Assembly (NCBI GenBank): GCA_964016885.1
Contig: OZ024751.1
Coordinates: 25,854,001 to 25,918,000 of the forward strand
Length of the DNA: 64,000 bases
Origin: Eledone cirrhosa
Taxonomy: Eukaryota
Direction: 5' to 3'
In this document: one piece after another, positions 42,349 through 56,345 of the stretch
Position numbering within the stretch: the stretch's first letter is position 1
Layout of the letters: the number at the start of each line of letters is the position of its first letter
Program-made: the position numbers and the translations under genes
Notes under the pieces: model-generated
What the model saw: only the letters and a program-made list of their open reading frames with translations
Told to the model about the DNA's origin: nothing
Databases searched by the model: none

Positions 42349-42855
42349 CCATCCATGTCCCATGCTGTGCATACAGAATTATTATTCAACATTTAGACTT
42401 CGAAAACAGCGACCTTTTGCTTTGCTGAAATTAAACCATTAATTTATCCAATCAAAACTGCTATACTTGATTCTCTTCGACGTCCCCCCATCCCTGGGAA
42501 GCTTAGCTCAGAGCAATTGAGGTTAAACTCCAATAACCTATGAAAATATTCTATAAACTTTCAAAGGCCACAGGATTCGAAAACATATGCTGAAAATGTT
42601 TTTATTTGTTCCCGAATTTTTTTAAGAATGCATTAAAAGCAACAAATTAGCAGTCGCGCTAGAGCATCGAATTAAATACCTCCATATTTGTTCTGTCTCT
42701 CTGTGTTCAAATCCCACCAAAAACTGCAAAATTATTCTGACAGAGAAAATTCTTGAATAATGATTTTATTTGTTTGTTTGTTTTTTTTTTCATTTTTGTT
42801 TGTTTTTTTTTTCATTTTTGTTTTGTTTTTTCAGATTTTCAGATGTTTGTAATAT

Positions 42856-42970
42856 AATTGTTTCTACTTTTGGCACAAAGCCAGCAATTACCCAGTGCAT
42901 TACCCCGTAAGAATGAAAGGCAAAGTTAAACTCGGCGGGATTTAATCTCAGAATGGCAAGCGCCGTAACT
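42856..42970 (-). mobile_element. SINE family S, internally deleted
   Basis: Family tail and body; CAGATGTTTGTAATATAAT flanks both sides. Confidence 0.75.
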
Positions 42971-43920
42971 CAGATGTTTGTAATATAATATATGGCAGAG
43001 ATGTTTGTTCAAGCTATTTACAGTCAGTGTTCAAATGCCGTCGAGGACGATTTTGTCTTATATCTTGTCGAAATAATTAGCCCGTGTGTATTAAACTGAG
43101 AGTATTGTTAAATATATCACAACAGCCTTCTAACAGCTATTTTAGCTGATAACTTTTCTACTATAACTTTCCCATACATATATTTTCCATATGCTATATC
43201 TGCTAGAAAAGCTAACCTAGAAGGTTACCTGAAACAAAAGATTATCAGATTGACAATATATCTCATAACTGTTCTTAAAAGATAACGTTTCTAATAATTA
43301 AAATGTCCTCTATATCCTTTCCTATGTGCTAGATAAACTATGAAAAGGATCATATTTGAAAAGTTAAATTATATATCACATGGTTATTCTCAAATGATCT
43401 CAGCGTTTCTCTCTCTAACAGTTTCTTCATTTAATATCTTTACTATTGCGTAAGTATCCTCTCAATATATTCTTCTATAACTTTGCTGTGTAATATATTT
43501 TCTATGTACTAAAATATCTACCAAAGAAGGTCATCAGATAGAAACATTTATCTGATAGTCCAGATATCACATGACTATTCTCATATGATATCAACACTTC
43601 TCACTAATAGCTTTTTCAAATGATAACTTTTCTATCTCACATCTGTTCTATCAATATAACGTTTCTATGTAATATCTTTTCTATATAATAACTTTACACT
43701 CTGATAGCTTTTCTCTCTGATATCCTTCCTATCCGATTCGATTTCCAAAACTTCGTGAAACTGTTGCATGGGTTCTTTGTTGATCAGTTCCTGATGGACA
43801 ATAATTCAATTTCGACGGCTGAATTGGTTAAAAATATGGCCGATAAACGTTTAATATAAAATTGACTATATAATCGCATAAGGGCTTCTCTCTCATAACA
43901 ATTTGTCTTCTCAATCTCTT

Positions 43921-44014
<94 letters not shown>

Positions 44015-44020
44015 TCTCTC

Positions 44021-44057
<37 letters not shown>

Positions 44058-44119
44058 TTTTTCACATTGTATCTGTCTCACTTTCTAACATTCTAGGTCT
44101 CTGTACTCTCATTATCTCT

Positions 44120-44150
<31 letters not shown>

Positions 44151-44362
44151 TCCGCCCCCCCCCCCCCTATATCTATGTATCTGTCTTTCCCATTGCGATT
44201 ACTTTCTCCTATAATTCTAAATTAGTGTCTATTTATTTGAACGAGTAATGAAGGACACACTTCTCCGGCATCCTCCTGCCATTTCAATAAAGAACCAATT
44301 GAAAGATGTCTTCGACGGAAGTTAGATGCCGTCCAATTACAATATTACGTCTGATGAGACTG

Positions 44363-44797
44363 GAAGAAGAAGAAGAAGAAGAAGAAGAAGAAGAAGAAGG
44401 ATGGGGGAGAAGAAGAAGAAGAAGAAGGAGGAGGAGGAGGAGGAGGGGGAGAAGAAGAAGAAGAAGAAGAAGAAGAAGAAGAAGAAGAAGAAGAAGAAGA
44501 AGAGAAGAAGAAGAAGAAGAAGAATAGGAGGAGGGGGAGGATGAGGGGGAGGAGAAGAAGAAGAAGAAGAAGAAGAAGAGGAGGAGGAGGAGGAGGAGAA
44601 GAAGAAGAAGAAGAAGAAGAAGAAGAAGAAGAAGAAGAAGAAGAAGAAGAATAGGAGGAGGAGGAGGAGAAGAAGAAGAAGAAGAAGAAGAAGAAGAAGA
44701 AGAAGAAGAAGAAGAGGAGGAGGAGGAGGAGGAGGAGGAGAAGAAGAAGAAGAAGAAGAAGAAAGAAGAGAAGAAGAAGAAGAAGAAGAAGGGGAGG
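44363..44797. repeat. (GAA/GAG)n purine array
   Basis: Direct reading. Confidence 0.95.
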
Positions 44798-44970
44798 ACG
44801 TACCCTGTTATGTTAGAAAACCATTTTTCCTGTATTCTTTATATCCTTTAATAATTTTATGTTTTCAAGCAATTGTACACATATTCATATATACATATAT
44901 ATACATACACACATACACACACATATATATATTTATTATATGTGTGAGTGTGTATACAGGCGCTTACGTA

Positions 44971-45001
<31 letters not shown>

Positions 45002-45031
45002 AATTTTATATTTGTATGTACATATATATCA

Positions 45032-45088
<57 letters not shown>

Positions 45089-45186
45089 TATACATATACA
45101 AATATATATATATATGTCTGGTATATATATGTACATATATATCAATATATATATATATATATATATACATATATATACATATATAT

Positions 45187-45268
<82 letters not shown>

Positions 45269-45775
45269 CATATATATACATATACAAATATATATATATG
45301 CCTGGTATATATGTGTATAGATTTCCGTTTTTGCTTGTGTGTGTGTGTACTTGTGTGTGTTTGCTTGTGTGTGTGTACTTGTGTCTGTTTTTGCTTGTGC
45401 GTGTGTACTTGTGTGTGTGTGTGTGTGGTTTGCTTGTGTGTGTGTACTTGTCTACCTGTCTCGAATGTATGGGAGATGATGATGTGTGTTTGTGATGGGC
45501 TGGTTGTTGAGAGTAACTGGAATTTGTTATATGCTAAGAGGATACTGGAATGAAATCTTGAAATATCACCTCAGAGAATCAGCGTGAAGAAAATATTCAT
45601 AGACGAAGCGTAACAGAAAGGAAGCCATCTTTGTTTCTATACGTTGCTACTGGTCTTCTACTCTAATATAAACACAACACAAACAGCCAAAACTTCTTGA
45701 AATATATACATGACAATTATGTACGGATGTATGAGTGTATGAATGCATTTATGTACATGTAAATATATATATATA

Positions 45776-45818
<43 letters not shown>

Positions 45819-46025
45819 GCACATTCATATATATATATATATATAGTGTGTGTGTCTGTGTCTGTGTGTGTGTAGGTATGCATGCATATATACATACATA
45901 CATACATACATACATACATACATACATACATACATACATACATACATACATACATACATAAGTGTGGTGGGTGTCACTGTTTGTGTTCTCAAGAATATAT
46001 ATATATATAAATATATATATATATA

Positions 46026-46060
<35 letters not shown>

Positions 46061-46083
46061 GTCTCTATTTATATATATATATA

Positions 46084-46154
<71 letters not shown>

Positions 46155-46170
46155 CTCTATTTATATATAA

Positions 46171-46286
<116 letters not shown>

Positions 46287-46604
46287 TATGTCTCTATTTA
46301 TTTATATATATATATATATATATACATATATATACATATATGGAACAATTAATATGCCGCAAGATTCAATACGACAGTTCCTTCGTATTTATACAACATA
46401 TGCAAATGGTTGAAATATTTGCATATCAGTGAGGTACTTCATACACTACAAATGGTTTCCTGTGTAGCTAAAGCCATTGGACAACCACTCAAGAGTAGAA
46501 AAAAGGAGGCCTTTGTCTTCAAATGTAGACCCCACTGGGTAATTGAAGCAACTCTCGGCTCTACACACTTACTTGATTAAGCCGAACTACTCTGCATGTA
46601 TATA

Positions 46605-47413
46605 TATGCAGCAGTATATATACAGCAGTATATATACACCAGTATATATACACCAGTATATATACACCAGTATATCTGCTGGTGTATATACACCAGTATA
46701 TATACACCAGTATATATGCTGGTGTATATACACCAGTATATATACTGGTGTATATACACCAGTATATATACACCAGTATATATACACCAGTATATCTGCT
46801 GGTGTATATACACCAGTATATGTGCTGGTGTATATACACCAGTATATATACTGGTGTATATACACCAGTATATATACACCAGTATATATACACCAGTATA
46901 TATACACCAGTATATCTGCTGGTGTATATACACCAGTATATATACACCAGTATATATGCTGGTGTATATACACCAGTATATATTCACCAGTATATATACA
47001 CCAGTATATATACACCAGTATATATACACAAATATATCTGCTGGTGTATATACACCAGTATATATCACAAGTATATCTGCTGGTGTATATACACCAGTAT
47101 ATATACACCAGTATATATACACAAGTATATCTGCTGGTGTATATACACCAGTATATATACACCAGTATATATGCTGGTGTATATACACCAGTATATATTC
47201 ACCAGTATATATACACCAGTATATATACACCAGTATATATACACAAATATATCTGCTGGTGTATATACACCAGTATATATTACAAGTATATCTGCTGGTG
47301 TATATACACCAGTATATATACACCAGTATATATACACAAGTATATCTGCTGGTGTATATACACCAGTATATATACACAAGTATATCTGCTGGTGTATATA
47401 CACCAGTATATAT
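46605..47413. repeat. 16-bp-based minisatellite with embedded palindromes CTGGTGTATATACACCAG
   Basis: TATATACACCAGTATA units alternate with inverted (G)CTGGTGTATA units. Confidence 0.92.
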
Positions 47414-47464
47414 GCAAAAAGAGATTGACAATGTTTATATATAATGTGATTATTGAACGTTTCA

Positions 47465-49045
47465 CGATGATGTTGATGGTGATGTTGGTAATGGTGGTTG
47501 GGGGTGATGGTGGTGATGATGGTGATGGTGGTGATGGTGATGTTGATGATGGTGGTGATGATGATGATGGTGGTGATGGTGATGATGGTGGTGATGATGG
47601 TGATGGTGGTGATGGTGATGTTGATGATGGTGGTGATGATGGTGATGATGGTGGTGATGGTGGTGATGATGGTGATGGTGGTGATGGTGATGTTGATGAT
47701 GGTGGTGATGATGATGGTGGTGATGGTGATGGTGGTGATGATGGTGATGGTGGTGATGGTGATGTTGATGATGGTGATGATGATGGTGATGGTGGTGATG
47801 GTGATGTTGATGATGATGGTGATGATGATGATGGTGGTGATGATGGTGATGGTGGTGATGGTGATGTTGATGATGGTGGTGATGATGATGATGGTGGTGA
47901 TGATGGTGATGGTGGTGATGGTGATGTTGATGATGGTGGTGATGATGATGATAGTGATGATGATGGTGGTGATGGTGATGATGATGGTGGTGATGGTGAT
48001 GGTGATGATGATGATGACAATGATGATGATGGTGATGATGATGGTGGTGATGGGGATGATGGTGGTGATGGTGATGATGATGATGATGATGATGGTGATG
48101 ATGATGGTGGTGATGGTGATGATGGTGGTGGTGACAAAGATGATGGTGCGGGGGATGATGAGGAGGAGGAGCAGGAGAAGCGGGTAGAAGAGAAGGAGGG
48201 GAAGATGAGAAGGCTGAGGAGTAGGAAGAGGAGAGGGGGAGAAGTGGGTAAAATAGGATGAGGAGGAGGAGGAAGAGACGGGGGTGAAAGAAGAGAATTG
48301 GAGGAAGACGAGAAGGAGGAAGAGGAAGTGGAAGAGGAAGGGGAAAGGGGGGAGGAAGAAGAAGAAGAGGCGGGGAAGGAGGTAAGTAGCAGAATGTGGT
48401 GGTGGTGGTGGTGGTGGTGGTGGTTGTGGTGCTGGTGGTGGTGGTGGTGGTGGTGGTGGTGGTGTGGTGGTGGTGGTGGTGGTTGTGGTGCTGGTGGTGG
48501 TGGTGGTGGTGGTGGTGGTGGTGTGGTGGTGGTGGTGGTGGTTGTGGTGGTGGTTGTGGTGGTGGTGGTGGTGGTGTGGTGGTGGTTGTGGTTTGGTGGT
48601 GGTGGTCGTCGTCGTCGTCGTCGTCGTCGTGGCGGTCCTGGTGATCGGTGGTGGTAGATGATGGTGGTGGTGGTGGTGGTGGTGGTGGTGGTAGATGGTG
48701 GTGGTGGTGGTGGTGGTGGTGGTGGTGGTGGTGGTAGATGGTGGTGGTGGTGGTGGTGGTGGTGGTGGTGGTGGTGGTGGTGGTAGATGGTGGTGGTGGT
48801 GGTGGTGGTGGTGGTGGTGGTGGTGGTGGTGGTGGTGGTGGTGGTGGTGGTGGTGGTGGTATTGGTGTTGGCAGTGGTAGTGGTGGCAGTGGTGGTGGTG
48901 GTGGTGATGGTGGTGGTCGTGGCGAAGGGGGGTGATGGTCGTTATGGTGGTGGTGGTGGTGGTGGTGGTGGTGGTGGTGGTGGTGGTGGTGGTGGTGGTG
49001 GTGGTGGTGGTGGTGGTGGTGGTGGTGGTGGTGGTGGTGGTGATG
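47465..49045. repeat. (GAT/GGT)n, purine-rich linker, then (GGT)n arrays
   Basis: Direct reading. Confidence 0.92.
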
Positions 49046-49678
49046 GCACAGAAGATATTGTTAGGTGATAAACATTTCACAACAAATAACAAATAAGGAA
49101 AAGAAACGATTCCTTCTACTTAACTTTAAGTTGATGAAAACATTTTCTAGAATGTTCTAGCAACCACAAACAGACCTGCGGCAAAGTCACAACATTGAAA
49201 ATATATTATGAATCATCATATATATTTTAGATTTATTTCTTGGAATATATAGCGTTCTTTGTAAAATGTCAGAATATAGTGAGAATTTTACACTGAGTAC
49301 ACGGTTTTGTGGATTCCACTTTCTTAGCTCGCAGGGGAAATCACAGATAAATTTCAAACTAATCACACCAAGTACTTTTAAAAAAGGTAAAAATGGCGGC
49401 TCTAGTTAGATGTTAGTTATATAAGTATAGATAAATTGTAAAATAGAAAAAAAAGAAGTAAGGAGGGCGTTGTAGGTAAAACATGTGGTGTTGAAAATTA
49501 AATAGAAAATTAAAGTTGTTTTAGTTTTGTATTTCGCAATCATTCGAAAGAATAACAAATGTTTTGCCGATAATACTTTGGCTTGTTTGTTTCATTATAT
49601 GTTTGTGTTGTTGTTTTTCTGGATTTCTTATATTATTAACGTTTTGTTGGATTGTATCACTTATGTTTGTATATATAC

Positions 49679-49774
<96 letters not shown>

Positions 49775-49776
49775 TG

Positions 49777-49827
49777 AGATTCTACAGGACTAGAACTGTT
49801 TCATTCATTAGAAATCATCAGGAATCT
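49777..49827 (-). ncRNA. Type I hammerhead ribozyme (family A)
   Basis: RC: AGATTC-CTGATGA-T-TTC(taat)GAA-T-GAAACAG(ttctagtc)CTGTA^GAATCT. Confidence 0.85.
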
Positions 49828-50131
49828 TAAAACTGTTATACTCTGCTATGTATTGAGTACCTTACTGACTGTGGTTACCTCCGATTCAACCCGGAATAAC
49901 GTATATATATATATATATATATATACATACATAGTCGGCAACATTAGAAAAGTACAGTCATGTGTGTGTGTGTGTGTTTCTGTGTGTGTATGTGTACATA
50001 TGTGTATGTGTTTTGTGTCTATGTGCGTGTGTTTGTGTGTGTGTGTGTGTGTGCGTGTGTGTGTGTGTGTGTTTGGCTGTGTGTGTCGGTGTCATTGTAT
50101 GTGTATATATATATGTGTCTGTGTTTATGTG

Positions 50132-50174
<43 letters not shown>

Positions 50175-50176
<2 letters not shown>

Positions 50177-50720
50177 ATAAATTAACGGAGTCATAGACTC
50201 TCGCTATTCCCTGTCAATAATGTACTCAAAGGAAAAGGAATCCTGAACTCTTTTAAATACAGTATGTTGAAAAGGTAGCACACTAGAGAGAGATAGTGCG
50301 CCATCAATAAAACAGGGAAAAACCACCAGTCTATGGAATCTATAACCTATGAAAGGCAGAGTAGACACACAATAATTAAAAATATAAATTAAAATGTATA
50401 TATGTACCTCTATAACTATATAACACACACGTACAAATCCAAAGAGATCTGTTTCGCCAAGAAGTTGTTGACTGAAATGCAATAGCCCATGGTTCATCAG
50501 CGTGTGTAAGGCTATATATTTCAGACAACTCTAAGAGAATTTAAAACGACCGTCCAGCTACATAAGGGAGAGAGATGTCACAGCGTGTTTAGGGCAGTGA
50601 ACCAGTGGTGTCTGAGGGACGAGCTGCTAGAAAGGGCAGCCCAAAACTGTTTTATTGATCCCTGTTTTATTGATGGCGCACTATCTCTCTCTAGTGTGTT
50701 ACCTTTTCAACATATTGTAT
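50175..50720 (-). mobile_element. Hammerhead-bearing element with about 60-bp inverted arm
   Basis: 50257-50317 is inverted at 50660-50720; HHR lies between; bounded by (TA)n/(CA)n. Confidence 0.7.
50425..50507 (-). ncRNA. Type I hammerhead ribozyme with long stems II and III
   Basis: RC: ACACACG-CTGATGA-[ACCA...TGGC]-GAAACAGATC(tctttg)GATTTGTA^CGTGTGT; 7-bp perfect stem I. Confidence 0.85.
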
Positions 50721-50947
50721 TATACACACATACACATATATATGTGTTTTTGTGTGTATGTGTGTGTGTGTTTGTGTGTGATACATATTATATATATATA
50801 TATATGTGTGGGGAGGTGATATATATATATATATATATATATGTATTTATACACACACACACACACTCACACACACATATATACATATATATATACAATG
50901 ATATTAAATAAATGGAAACTATATTTATAAAACCATATTTATTCTAT

Positions 50948-51048
<101 letters not shown>

Positions 51049-51560
51049 AGGACATGAGGTAGTGGTGTATTTTCAAGAATATCTATACGAACATTCGGCA
51101 GGAGAAGTGAGGATGAAGACATCATCAATTATTATATATAATAAATAGATTATTTAAAGACAGAAACAAAGTGTAAAGGAAATATATCACAGCTCATATT
51201 ATTACATTATTAAGATCTTAAAGAAAACATTCACACATTCAACGCAGCATCCTGGCCATAAAAACACTTTAAATCTTGTATCACATATAAAGAGCATGAA
51301 GAAAATATTTAACAAAAATATTAAGAATACTAGAAAAATGAGAAGACTCTGGATTGGCGGTAAACTAACGGCCAATGATTGCAACACGTTACTTATTCAC
51401 GGAATATATGCACACTCACTCACACATACACAAATGCACTCACACACGCATACACACACATACGCTCACACTCACAAATACACATACATGCACACAGACA
51501 AACGAACACACACACTACGACACACACGTACACGCAAATGTATGTATATATATATATATA

Positions 51561-51654
<94 letters not shown>

Positions 51655-51656
<2 letters not shown>

Positions 51657-52445
51657 ATGTGGAGAATATTTATCCTTTCGTCAATACATAAGCCACACGA
51701 CGGATTGCCACTTGCGTATGGCTTGGACTTTGTGATGGTTTTCCATTGAATGGAGTAGTCTATACCTGAGTTCTTGGGGGACCATACGTGGCTCGCGAGT
51801 TTCGTGGATGATCGTTCGTCCGGATACCTAAAGGTCGACTGATGGTTCATGAAGCGTTCCTTAAATCGGCCCTCCGCCATACCCACATAGGATTTGGCCT
51901 CCTGTGGTTGATTTGGTCGGTTGGAAGTGACCACAGCTTCATAAACTACAGCGGGTGTGTTGCATTGTGGTTGAAGGGGACAACCTTCAGGTCTTTGGGA
52001 AGAGCATCCTGGTGGGGTTCTGCTCTTAGGCATGTTGGTGAAGCGGGCCTTCATATTCTTAGCGCAGGAGTACCCTAGTTTTACTCTGTGTCTGTTAAAG
52101 ATGGAGCGGCATTTGTAACTTATGGAAAAGTGTCTATCTAAGAGGGCTAAACATGTTTTTCCTACATTAGTTTTAACGTTGAGTGAGAGGGGAGGAGAGA
52201 ACGAAAGTTTGTCTATTGTTACGATTTCTTTTCTTATTGCTATTGTTGTTAGTGGAGGAGTAAGTAATTGGTTGCGAGAAGCCGCTGTTAGCTAATGCCG
52301 TGTTATAGTAGGGTGCCGCTCTGTCAGATAGCCTTATTAGAGAAGAGATTAGAGATTCTAGTACTGATATTATTTACGAATTTTCTAAAATCAGTAGGAG
52401 GGTGGCATGGGTCCTTGTGCATGTAATGTAGTTTTTCGTTTAGCT
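51655..52445 (-). mobile_element. Penelope-like element, RT thumb and GIY-YIG endonuclease fragment (decayed)
   Basis: YMHKDPCHPP, SPPLSLNVKTNVG, KLGYSCAKNM, CPLQPQC..VVYEA..YVGMAEGRFKERFMNH..KLASHVW..CGLCIDER. Confidence 0.9.
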
Positions 52446-52467
52446 TATATGTATGGATGTATGTATT

Positions 52468-52559
<92 letters not shown>

Positions 52560-52595
52560 TACACAAGTATCAAAGTTATGTTCAAATCCTTTAAT

Positions 52596-52642
52596 CGCTG
52601 ACAATTGTTTCTTCCAAACTTTAGTTTGGAGTCATCGGAGCA
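52596..52642 (-). ncRNA. Type I hammerhead-like motif with CCGAUGA core
   Basis: RC: TGCT-CCGATGA-C-TCCAAAC(taaa)GTTTGGA-A-GAAACAATTGTC^AGCG; tail ends in (TA)n. Confidence 0.7.
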
Positions 52643-53162
52643 TTATCCATGTTTGTACACATAATTAACCTCCTATTCAACTGAAGAATCATATAGATAC
52701 ATATATATGAACAACAGTTTCATGTTTACAGGGTGTAATGGATGCGACATATATTATACGAGAATTGTACAATAATTCAAATTAAGATTAAAATTAAAAT
52801 TCAAATTAAAAGCACAGAGTGGAATACATGCGACAGATAATATAAGAGAATAGTCTAATAATTAAAGAGCCATTGAGGAAGCGTGTAGAGATTGTACATG
52901 CGTTAGTCATATATATGGGAAGGAAACAAGCAAATGTATTAAGCATATATGAGTACTGTATGGTAAGGTATTATACTGCATACTATTTCTCTTAGTGGTA
53001 ATAAGGTAGTAATTAATTACTGACCTTTCCTGTTTATAGTTAGTTATAGTATATACATAACTATAAATAGTATCTTTATTATTATACATACATACATACA
53101 TACATACATACATACATACATACATACATACATACATACATACATACATACATACATACATA

Positions 53163-53232
53163 CAGCAGATGCCAATATAATATCAAAGATTAGTGAAAAG
53201 GAGAATATTTATGCAGAACTGATGAGAAATCT
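53163..53232 (+). mobile_element. R4/Dong-like RLE fragment after (CATA)n
   Basis: ADANIISKISEKENIYAELMRNL, homologous to 20695-20765. Confidence 0.6.
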
Positions 53233-53237
53233 GTGGT

Positions 53238-53435
53238 GTGAGTAGGTTATGCCTGGACGGAAGGTTGGCTGGTAAGAGAAGCAGAGGCCGGCAGCCAAAA
53301 CAATAGGTTGACAATGTCAACTTATGGACTGGACTTGATCTTTGCTCTTTGAACTCTGCTGCTGGTGATCGAACTTTGTGGAGAGAGATATCACATGTTG
53401 ATGTGCAGTCTGCAACTGGCGGAGTTTAGTGTCAC
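53238..53435 (+). mobile_element. RTE-clade LINE 3' end fragment
   Basis: LDGRLAGKRSRGRQPKQ*VDNVNLWTGLD...AAGDRTLWREI. Confidence 0.75.
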
Positions 53436-53526
53436 AAGAAATAGAAACATGCGAGAAATAGAAACATGCGAACCATAGGATTTTCACTTTTTCACTTTAT
53501 CTTTATTACTAGTTATTCGTTAGTTC

Positions 53527-53570
53527 GTCAAAGTTCTTCCGTTACATATTATGTGACCTCCTCAATGACT
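53527..53570 (-). ncRNA. Decayed family C hammerhead
   Basis: RC: GTCA-TTGAGGA-G-GTCACA..TGTAAC-GGAA-GAAC-TT-TGAC; core mutated. Confidence 0.5.
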
Positions 53571-53602
53571 ATCAGTTCTCTTTTGTCCTTTCTCTTCTTT
53601 CG

Positions 53603-53697
<95 letters not shown>

Positions 53698-54043
53698 TTG
53701 TTGTTGCCTTCTGTTTTTGCTTGCTGGCATATTCTTCTTCCTCTCTCCATTTAGTGCGACAAACATTGCCTCACCTGCGTGGTCGATAGAATCAGCAAGT
53801 ATTTGGAATTCTTCTATTAATAGCCCCTTCTTCATTCCACCTTTTATCTTCTTTAGTGATGCACTTTTGAATTCCTTGTAGGTACGCATTTCATTTACAT
53901 GAAGCCATCTGATCTTTATTCATTTACCCACACTACAGTGGCATGGACCGTACCTGTATAGTCTGCTTCCTGGGTATTATCGATGCTTATCGTCTAATTG
54001 ACATTGCCAAGGCCCTTCAGCGTACCAAACTGCTTTCCACAGT

Positions 54044-54146
<103 letters not shown>

Positions 54147-54218
54147 GTGTATGTGTGATGTGTGTGTTTGAACGTTTGAGTATTTGTTTCTTTGTATTTG
54201 TGTGCCAACGTGTGAGAG

Positions 54219-54271
<53 letters not shown>

Positions 54272-54297
54272 CTATGTCTGTATCAGTGTCTGTGTCT

Positions 54298-54393
<96 letters not shown>

Positions 54394-54829
54394 CTGTGTC
54401 TGTATCAGTGTCTGTGTTTGTGTGAGTATGTGCGTATGTGTGTGTGTGTGTGTATGACCTCGACTTTCAGCGTATTCAACTCCCTTCAGAGACCAAAAGA
54501 ATTGAGTTGATTAACTTAAATAAAACGTCAGTTCAAGAGAATGACTTATATTCAAATGAGATTCTAAAATAGAAATACAACATATGTTGTTTCATATACA
54601 CACATTACACCCTTGGAAGCAGCTGTAAGTAAAAAGCCCTAAATTGTATTATATGATAAGAATTATAACCGTAATAGGTCCCCGTCGCTTATGTTAATAT
54701 GTATAGGTTATAAGACGTATGTTCGGTAAGAGATAATAAATAACGTTGATGTGTGATGAAGATGTTACAAGCTAGAGTACATCTGTACACATGGATATAT
54801 GCACACAACGATGAACATATACATGCCTG

Positions 54830-54876
<47 letters not shown>

Positions 54877-55339
54877 TCATTTATGTTGTGTGATGTTGAG
54901 TGGTTTACTAATGGGTACAACTGGTCATTCTGTTTAGTTAAACTTGCATTGCAATAAGAAAAGCACTCTACGTTATGCAACTCATCCATCGTAGATGTGT
55001 ATCCTGTGGCTGGTGCAGGATCGAAGTTATATATTATTTGCAACAGAAGGTTGGACTGGAAATATTCCTTTAAAGTTTCAATGTTGCAAAAAACATATTT
55101 CAATGGCCTGGATAGATCATCCAATCATGACGTAAGAGCTTGGCGACATCATCAGGCGTGCATTACATAATTAGCTAATCAATAAAAGGAATTACGGTAA
55201 ATACAAACAGAGAATGGAGAATATATTTGATTTGGAGATGGCCTGCGAATTAGGTGTTATTGTTCCTGCAGACCATCTCCGAATGGTATGCCGGAACAAT
55301 GTTTTAAATAATACTATAGCCTCTTAAACACATTTTCTG

Positions 55340-55699
55340 ATATGTGTGTGTGTGTGTGCGTGTGTGTGTGTGTATGTGTATGGGTGTGTCTGTCTGTCTG
55401 TGTGTGTGTGTGTAGTGTGTGTGTGTCTGTGTGTCTGTGTTTGTGGGGGTGGGGGTGGGGGTGCCTGTGTGTGGGTGTGTTTGTGTGTGGGTGTGGTGGG
55501 TATGGGTGTATATGTGTGCGTGTGCGTGTGTGTGTGCGTGTGTGTGTATGTGTGTGTGTGTGTCTGTCTGTCTGTGTGTGTGTGTAGTGTGTGTGTGTCT
55601 GTGTGTCTGTGTGTGGGGGGTGGGTGTGTGGGTGCTTGTGTGTGGGTGTGTTTGTGTGTGGGTGTGGTCGGTATGGGTGTATATGTGTGTGAGTGCGTG

Positions 55700-55730
<31 letters not shown>

Positions 55731-56345
55731 ATGTGTGTGTCTGTCTGTCTGTGTGTGTGTGTGTAGTGTGTGTGTGTGTGTGTGTCTGTGTGTGTGGGGG
55801 TGGGTGTGTGGGTGCCTGTGTGTGGGTGTGTTTGTGTGTGGGTGTGGTCGGTATGGGTGTATATGTGTGCGTGTGCGTGTTTGTGTGCGTGTGTGTGTGT
55901 ATGTGTATGTGTGTGTCTGTCTGTCTGTGTGTGTGTAGTGTGTGTGTGTCTGTGTGTCTGTGTGTGTGGGGGTGGGTGTGTGGGTGTCTGTGTGGGTGTG
56001 TCTGTGTGTGGGGGTGGGAGTGTATGGGTGTGTATGTGTGTGTATGCGTGTGTGTGTATGTGTGTGTGTGCGTGTGTGTGTGCGTGTGTGTGTATGTGTG
56101 TGTCTGTGTCTGTGTGTATGTGTGTAGTGTGTGTGTCTCTGTGTGTCTGTGTGTTTGGGGGTGGGGGTTGGGTGTCTGTGTGTGGATGTGTCTGTGTGTG
56201 GATGTGTCTGTGTGTGGGTGTGGATGGGTATGGGTATGTATTTGTGTGCGTGCGTGTGTGTGTGCGTGTGTGTGTATGTGTGTGTCTGTGTGTGGGGGTG
56301 GGCGGTAGGGTATGGATGTGTATGTGAGTGTGTGAGTGTGTGTGC
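55340..56345. repeat. (GT)-derived higher-order repeat, about 175-180-bp unit
   Basis: GGTATGGGTGTATATGTGTG recurs near 55499, 55670, 55850. Confidence 0.8.

Noticed and set aside
44345-44370. GTCTGATGAGAC motif
   Set aside because: No GAAA or stem III half; runs into (GAA)n
46543-49092. 572-aa and 675-aa ORFs (Gly/Asp-rich; Thr/His/Pro-rich)
   Set aside because: Open on both strands and in several frames because of (GAT/GGT)n and a minisatellite; no unique coding segment
55050-55165. CTGATGA...GAAA on minus strand
   Set aside because: No stem I complement after the putative cleavage site
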